This document shows positions 17,788 to 22,361 of a stretch of 22,361 nt of DNA, piece after piece. The notes under the pieces were generated by a model that was not told where the DNA came from, searched no databases, and saw nothing but the letters and a program-made list of their open reading frames with translations. The DNA comes from Myxococcales bacterium. Lineage in GTDB: Bacteria > Myxococcota_A > UBA9042. The stretch spans positions 1 to 22,361 of the forward strand of contig JBBISH010000105.1 in assembly GCA_037441385.1 (NCBI GenBank), written 5' to 3'. Made by a program: the position numbers and the translations under genes. Within the stretch, counting starts at the first letter, position 1. Each line of letters opens with the position of its first letter.

Positions 17788-20700
17788 CTACTTGCTCTGG
17801 CACGCTTGGCCAAGGCGCGAGACTTCGGACGAAACCGCGCCGTCGGGTTCAAGGCCGCCCGCCAGCCAAGCCGAACGGTCGGTATCGACATAGTGGAAAC
17901 TGCTAGAGAACAGGGCCGACGGCGCCCAATCCAGGCCCTGCAGGCTGGGCTTGGCCGCCAGTTGCCCGCCGCAAGCACCCAAGTCCAAGCTGAGCTGGTG
18001 ATTCATCTGGAGCGCATGGAGCGAGGCGGTGCCGATTTCGCTGCAGACCGGCACGTTGGGGCCCAGGTAGGGCGCGGGTGCATCCGGCACGGCGATCCAC
18101 GCGTGCCCACCGATGCCGTCGTAGATGACGGGCGCGAAAACCGGTCCACCGATGTACGGATTCAGCAACATCTCGTCCTTGACAGGGTTCTCTAGCGAGG
18201 CGTACAGCGGCAGCGGCTGTGCGACAAAGTGCGGGTTCACCAGCGTCTGTGACACATCCAGAGGCACAAAACCAGTCAACATACAAGCGCTTACCTTGGT
18301 CCCCGCTGGCCCGCTGACCACATCGTAGCCGGTGGCGCCAGACGGGTGGCGCAGCGAACCACCGACCACCGCCACAACGTCTCGGGTCGCATCGTACAAC
18401 GCCAGGGCACCGTAGCGAGCCATGGGCAAGAACGGCTTGCCATCCGCCTCGTTGGGGAGTTGGGCCTTCACGTCCGTCCATGCCAACGTCTTCAGGTCCA
18501 GGACTTGGAACAACTGCACTTCGCCGCCTGGACCGTAGCCATCGACCAAGATCAGGCGGTTGCGCAGGCTGTCGAAGGCAAACGCGGGGGCGGCGACCTG
18601 CGGAGCTTGCGGCGATGGCACCACCGCCAGCTGTCCGGGCTCTTGCCACGCGGTACCCAGGCTCACCGTCTGCACGGTCGCGGTGGGCGCGAGCGCCGGG
18701 TCCACGGCGCCGCCCTGCAGCAGGCCCTGCGACCACAGCTTGTAGACTGCACTGAAGTCGCTACCTTTCAGCGCCAACCCGCCCGATAGGACCAAGCGCT
18801 GCCCAGCCGTGTCCACCGCCGCCGCACCATAGGCGTAGCGCACACCGCTCGCGACCTTTTGCACCCACTCGCCGTCTTTGTTCACGCACCAAGCGTCTTC
18901 GACCGGCACCACCCGCGGGATGTCGCCGACAGGCAGCTCGGCTGTAAGACCACCGGCGATGCAGTAGGCACTCTGCTGGGGCCAGTAGCCGCCGGCATGA
19001 GCAAAGCGGGCGCGCGGCCTGGGTTTGTCTGCCCTTTGCACGCTGTGAGTCACGGGGTCCCAGACCTGCACGTCGGGTCGTCCCAGGCGGCCGCTGCCGT
19101 CGTTGCGCTCGCCCCCGGCCAGCACCACGGCGTTCAGCCCCGGCGACCAGCGGGCCATGCCGCCCGCCCGCGCTATTGCCGCCATTTCGCCGGGTGTGTC
19201 GACCACGGATGCTTGAAAGTCAATAACTTGGGTGGCGTAGCTGCCTTGGATCGCCGCCACAGCGTGGTTGGAGGTCACCGAAGTTCCAATATAGCCGCCC
19301 AGCACGTGCAGATTGTTCTGGCCGTCAACGACGCATTGGGCGCCCGGCGGGACGATCGCAGGGGACGCCGAGGGCACCACATCGGCGCTGACCGTGGTGC
19401 CATCCCAGCTGAAACGGAGCCACGCGCCAGAGGGTAGTGCGGCAAAAACCATATTTTGCCCAGGTACTTGTGCGGCACAGCGCACGTCGGTGCTCGTCTG
19501 GCTGACGTCGCCGGCGGTCTCGACCCACGTCGAAGCCCCCTTTTCGAGTGGATGCCAGAGCGGCCGCGCGTAGTGGCGATCGAAAATCAGCAGCGCGCGC
19601 TGACCGCCGGCGTTCAGGGCAAAGGCCGGCGCGGGCGCTTGTCCGGCGGTCACGGACATCGTGGCTGCGGGGAGTGCGGCCACGGCATCTGGCGCGTTGC
19701 TCGTCGGCACCCCATTCCACTGGCCGGGGCTGGGCGAGCGGAACAGGTCGGTCTGCAGCGTGCCGTCTGCGTTTTCGCCACCCACCAGCCACAGCAGGCC
19801 GGCCGAGGGGTCGCTGGCGATGGCCCCACCGGCGCGCGGTCCTGGGCCCGGCGATTGGGCGCGCTGCCACGGCGCCGGGTTGGCCGGCGTGTCGATGCCG
19901 ATGGACCACTCTTCGTCGCGCAAAGCCAAGCCCGGCGATACCGGGCCTTGCACAGACGCCACGTTGCCGGAAAAGACCGTTACCGTCTTGCCGGTTTCGC
20001 GCCAACCCATGCTCCAGCCGGCGCGCGGCTCGGGGGCGCCCACGGCGATGCTGGTAAAGCTCTTGTCAAACGGCAAGCCCAGGCACGTCGCGGCCTGACC
20101 GTCGGGCGTGCAACCGACGACCGCGCCGTTCATTTGGCTGCCGTCTGGGCACGTGGCGCCCGCGAAGCCGCACTGCTGGCAGCTCTGGCCCACGGTCGTG
20201 TCCTGGAACTTGAACCCGTTGTCCGTTATGCCGTCGCAGTCGTCGTCCTGCAGGTTGCAGAGTTCGGCCGAGGCGACCCCGCTGCTCTCGCTGCCGCCGT
20301 CGGTCGAACAGATGGCCTTGCCGGCCTTGCACTCCACGCTGCCTAGCTTGGCGGACAGCGCGCAGACGCCATGGATCGGCATGCAAGGGTCGCCGACGCC
20401 CTTGTCGCCCACCTTGGCGCCCTCATCGGTCTTGCCGTTGCAGTCGTTGTCCAGGCCGTCGCACAGCGTCTCTGGGCTCTGGAAGTCTGGGATCGTGCTG
20501 GAATTGCAGGTGCAGCCCTTGCAGCCGGCGACGACCGCGGCCGTGCTGTCTTGGACGGGCGGGCACACGACCTGGACCTCGCCGGTCTTGCCGGCGCACA
20601 CCCCGCTGCCGCAGAGCAAGGCTGCATCGGGCAAGGGATCCAGCTTGCCGGGCAGCTTGTCGTACGCATCGACCATGCAGTCCTTGTCGCTGTCCAGGAT

Positions 20701-21123
20701 GTTGCTTTGCAGCGCGTCGGGGATGCCGTCGCCGTTGCGGTCCAGGGGATGCGCCAAGTCTGGGCCGACTTCGGTGCCGTCGGCCAGCCCATCGCCGTCT
20801 GTGTCGACTTTCTCAGCGTTCAGGCCATGTTGAGCTTCCCAGGCGTTGGTCAGGCCGTCGTGATCGTAGTCTTCGTCCGAGGGCTGGCAGACCTTCTCGA
20901 TGCACACGCCGCTGCTGCACGACGAGCCGTTGGTACAGCTGCTGGTGCAGAAGCCGTTGTAACATAGGCCACTTTCGCACTCGGCGCTTTGGCCGCACGA
21001 AGCACCAAAACGGCGGACCTTCTTGTTGGTGCAGCCCCAAGGGCCGGCCACGCTGGCGGCGACCAGCGCGACCAAGAGCCAACGAAGCGACACGAACCAG
21101 GTGGGCGGGGCGATGTGTTTCAC
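17788..21123 (-). CDS. Large exported (probable lipo)protein: Cys-rich EGF-like segment, DxDxDG Ca-binding (TSP3-like) repeats, MopE-like motifs, Kelch-type beta-propeller repeats
   Basis: Hydrophobic signal [19 protein letters not shown] (non-canonical lipobox). [58 protein letters not shown]. Repeated PRAG/RFAH/RYG and hydrophobic-GG Kelch motifs (WLVGG, HVLGG, VLAGG, IAGG, LSGG, VVGG, WLAGG). Confidence 0.78.
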   Translation of the reverse strand: MKHIAPPTWFVSLRWLLVALVAASVAGPWGCTNKKVRRFGASCGQSAECESGLCYNGFCTSSCTNGSSCSSGVCIEKVCQPSDEDYDHDGLTNAWEAQHGLNAEKVDTDGDGLADGTEVGPDLAHPLDRNGDGIPDALQSNILDSDKDCMVDAYDKLPGKLDPLPDAALLCGSGVCAGKTGEVQVVCPPVQDSTAAVVAGCKGCTCNSSTIPDFQSPETLCDGLDNDCNGKTDEGAKVGDKGVGDPCMPIHGVCALSAKLGSVECKAGKAICSTDGGSESSGVASAELCNLQDDDCDGITDNGFKFQDTTVGQSCQQCGFAGATCPDGSQMNGAVVGCTPDGQAATCLGLPFDKSFTSIAVGAPEPRAGWSMGWRETGKTVTVFSGNVASVQGPVSPGLALRDEEWSIGIDTPANPAPWQRAQSPGPGPRAGGAIASDPSAGLLWLVGGENADGTLQTDLFRSPSPGQWNGVPTSNAPDAVAALPAATMSVTAGQAPAPAFALNAGGQRALLIFDRHYARPLWHPLEKGASTWVETAGDVSQTSTDVRCAAQVPGQNMVFAALPSGAWLRFSWDGTTVSADVVPSASPAIVPPGAQCVVDGQNNLHVLGGYIGTSVTSNHAVAAIQGSYATQVIDFQASVVDTPGEMAAIARAGGMARWSPGLNAVVLAGGERNDGSGRLGRPDVQVWDPVTHSVQRADKPRPRARFAHAGGYWPQQSAYCIAGGLTAELPVGDIPRVVPVEDAWCVNKDGEWVQKVASGVRYAYGAAAVDTAGQRLVLSGGLALKGSDFSAVYKLWSQGLLQGGAVDPALAPTATVQTVSLGTAWQEPGQLAVVPSPQAPQVAAPAFAFDSLRNRLILVDGYGPGGEVQLFQVLDLKTLAWTDVKAQLPNEADGKPFLPMARYGALALYDATRDVVAVVGGSLRHPSGATGYDVVSGPAGTKVSACMLTGFVPLDVSQTLVNPHFVAQPLPLYASLENPVKDEMLLNPYIGGPVFAPVIYDGIGGHAWIAVPDAPAPYLGPNVPVCSEIGTASLHALQMNHQLSLDLGACGGQLAAKPSLQGLDWAPSALFSSSFHYVDTDRSAWLAGGLEPDGAVSSEVSRLGQACQSK

Positions 21124-21129
21124 GAGGCC

Positions 21130-21158
21130 AATGTAGCAGGGCCGCGGCGGGCTTGCCA
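21130..21158 (-). promoter_or_regulatory. sigma70-type promoter with extended -10, probably giving a leaderless transcript
   Basis: Minus strand TGGCAA (21158-21153), 17-bp spacer, TGc-TACATT (hexamer 21135-21130), then 6 nt to GTG 21123 with no SD sequence. Confidence 0.5.
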
Positions 21159-21180
21159 GTCGCTGCTGTGAGTCCGCTCG

Positions 21181-21244
21181 CGGTATCGCGATACCGTGAT
21201 ACCGGTATCGGTGGCTTGCAAGCGGGCACTTTCCTTGTGGTATC
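21181..21244. promoter_or_regulatory. Cluster of GGTATC/GATACC palindromic sites (candidate transcription-factor/enhancer sites)
   Basis: Perfect 16-bp palindrome CGGTATCGCGATACCG (21181-21196), perfect 12-bp palindrome GATACCGGTATC (21198-21209), and a fifth half-site GGTATC (21239-21244). Confidence 0.55.
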
Positions 21245-21246
21245 GC

Positions 21247-21263
21247 TTGGCACGGCATGTGCA
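21247..21263 (+). promoter_or_regulatory. sigma54 (RpoN) -24/-12 promoter
   Basis: TTGGCACGGCATGTGCA has exact GG-N10-GC spacing and nearly matches the consensus YTGGCACGnnnnTTGCW. It ends 45 bp before the comM ATG. Confidence 0.65.
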
Positions 21264-21308
21264 CATTCGTTCTGCATCGGGCAGCGACGCTGCGGCAGGC
21301 ACATCACC

Positions 21309-22361
21309 ATGCAGAACCAGAATGGGCAAAGCAGGATCTGGAGCGCCGCGCTAGTAGGGGTGGACGCGCGTTTGGTCGAGGTCGAGTGCGACGTGGCCGT
21401 GGGCGTGCCGGCCTTTGACACCGTGGGTCTGGCCGAGTTGGCGGTCCGCGAGGCGCGGGTTCGGGTGCGCTCGGCGCTGAAACAGGCAGGAATCTCGCTG
21501 CCGAACAAGCGCGTCACGGTGAACCTGGCGCCGGCGGACCTGCGCAAAGACGGTACCAGCTTTGACTTGCCGGTGGCGCTCGCGCTGCTGGAGGCGGACG
21601 GCAAGCTCCCGGCGGGTTGCCTGCAAGGTTGCTTGGTAGTGGGCGAATTGAGCCTGAGTGGCTCGCTGCGGCCCGTCTGCGGCGTGTTGGCGGTGGCCGA
21701 GCTGGCCCGGCAAATGGGGCTGCGCGGGTTGGTCTGCCCTACCGACAATTTGGCCGAAGCTCGCGCGGTTGGCGACTTGCACGTGCTCTCTGCCGGCACT
21801 CTTGGCGAGGTGATCGCGCGCCTGCGTGGCGAACAGCCGTGGCCCGAGCCGGCCAACGACGACCTGCCCGACAGCGGGCCGCGCCAGTACCTCTGTTGGT
21901 CCGACGTGCGCGGCCACGAGCAGGCCAAACGCGCGCTGGAGGTCGCGGCCGCTGGCGGCCACAACGCGGTGCTGAGTGGCGCGCCGGGCACTGGCAAGAC
22001 CATGTTGGCCAGGCGCTTGCCCACGATCTTGCCGCAACTCACGGATCGCGAGGCCATCGAGGTCACCAAGATTCATTCGGTGGCTGGGCTGCTCCCCAGT
22101 CGCTCCGGGCTGTTGCGCACACGGCCGTTTCGCGCGCCGCATCACACGGCCTCGGCGGCGTCGCTGGGGGGCGGCGGCAGTGTGCCCCGACCGGGCGAGG
22201 TGTCGCTGGCGCACCGGGGCGTGCTGTTCTTGGATGAACTCGCGGAATTCCCGCGGCAAGTCTTGGAGTGTCTGCGGCAGCCGCTCGAGGACGGCACGGC
22301 GGTGGTGACGCGGGCGCGGCTGGCCGTAACGTTTCCCGCGCGGACGCTGCTGGTGGCGGCG
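21309..22361 (+). CDS. comM: YifB/ComM family Mg-chelatase-like AAA+ ATPase (runs off the window end)
   Basis: Absent from the ORF track because it has no stop in the window. Hand translation gives [29 protein letters not shown]...[19 protein letters not shown]...[18 protein letters not shown], Walker [35 protein letters not shown]. Confidence 0.93.
   Translation, partial: MQNQNGQSRIWSAALVGVDARLVEVECDVAVGVPAFDTVGLAELAVREARVRVRSALKQAGISLPNKRVTVNLAPADLRKDGTSFDLPVALALLEADGKLPAGCLQGCLVVGELSLSGSLRPVCGVLAVAELARQMGLRGLVCPTDNLAEARAVGDLHVLSAGTLGEVIARLRGEQPWPEPANDDLPDSGPRQYLCWSDVRGHEQAKRALEVAAAGGHNAVLSGAPGTGKTMLARRLPTILPQLTDREAIEVTKIHSVAGLLPSRSGLLRTRPFRAPHHTASAASLGGGGSVPRPGEVSLAHRGVLFLDELAEFPRQVLECLRQPLEDGTAVVTRARLAVTFPARTLLVAA

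Noticed and set aside
16937..17978. N-terminal extensions to 17500 (892-aa ORF) and 17978 (325-aa ORF)
   Set aside because: They overlap neighbouring genes and are Arg/Pro-rich without motifs. ATG 16936 has an RBS, promoter and signal peptide, and ATG 17720 avoids overlap with the upstream gene.
1266..20463. 28/30-nt inverted match between 1266-1295 and 20434-20463 as terminal inverted repeats of a mobile element
   Set aside because: Both lie inside CDSs and encode the same CDGxDNDCNG motif with GC-biased codons. No transposase or target duplication was seen.
20813..22259. ORFs 20813-22069 (-), 21351-22259 (-) and 21617-22237 (+)
   Set aside because: They are shadows or alternative frames of comM, whose frame from 21309 carries all family motifs.
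21309..22361. comM interrupted by an integrative element (comM is a known integration target)
   Set aside because: The frame appears open through the window end and no integrase is visible. The 3' part lies outside the window and cannot be judged.
1..22361. CRISPR array, tRNA, rRNA or intrinsic terminators
   Set aside because: No regularly spaced direct repeats, cloverleaf or hairpin-plus-U-tract were seen in the short intergenic regions.

Overview
GC-rich chromosomal window, probably from a Myxococcota/deltaproteobacterium-like organism (inferred from a MYXO-CTERM-like tail, MopE-like CDGxDNDCNG motifs, Cys-rich lipoproteins and a sigma54-type promoter). The core is a tightly coupled minus-strand cluster glmS-purM-purL-purQ-purH-purD/purN(fused)-purF (14736->3758) with no purS, purE/K, purC or purB. 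It is flanked by four large exported proteins. On the left are a DNRLRE/CBM96-like Cys-rich surface protein and a metzincin-like lipoprotein. On the right are a GH39/clan GH-A-like lipoprotein with apparently altered catalytic residues and a 1111-aa Ca-binding/MopE/Kelch protein, with a sensor-less orphan histidine kinase core between them. The window ends inside a divergent comM/yifB gene preceded by a sigma54-type promoter and clustered GGTATC/GATACC palindromes, and begins with a REP-like inverted repeat doublet. No rRNA, tRNA, CRISPR array or transposase was seen. All assignments come from motifs read by eye, with no database searches. I found no clearly new self-contained system. The best leads are the non-canonical enzyme domains in the exported proteins, the unusual pur cluster and the comM regulatory region.
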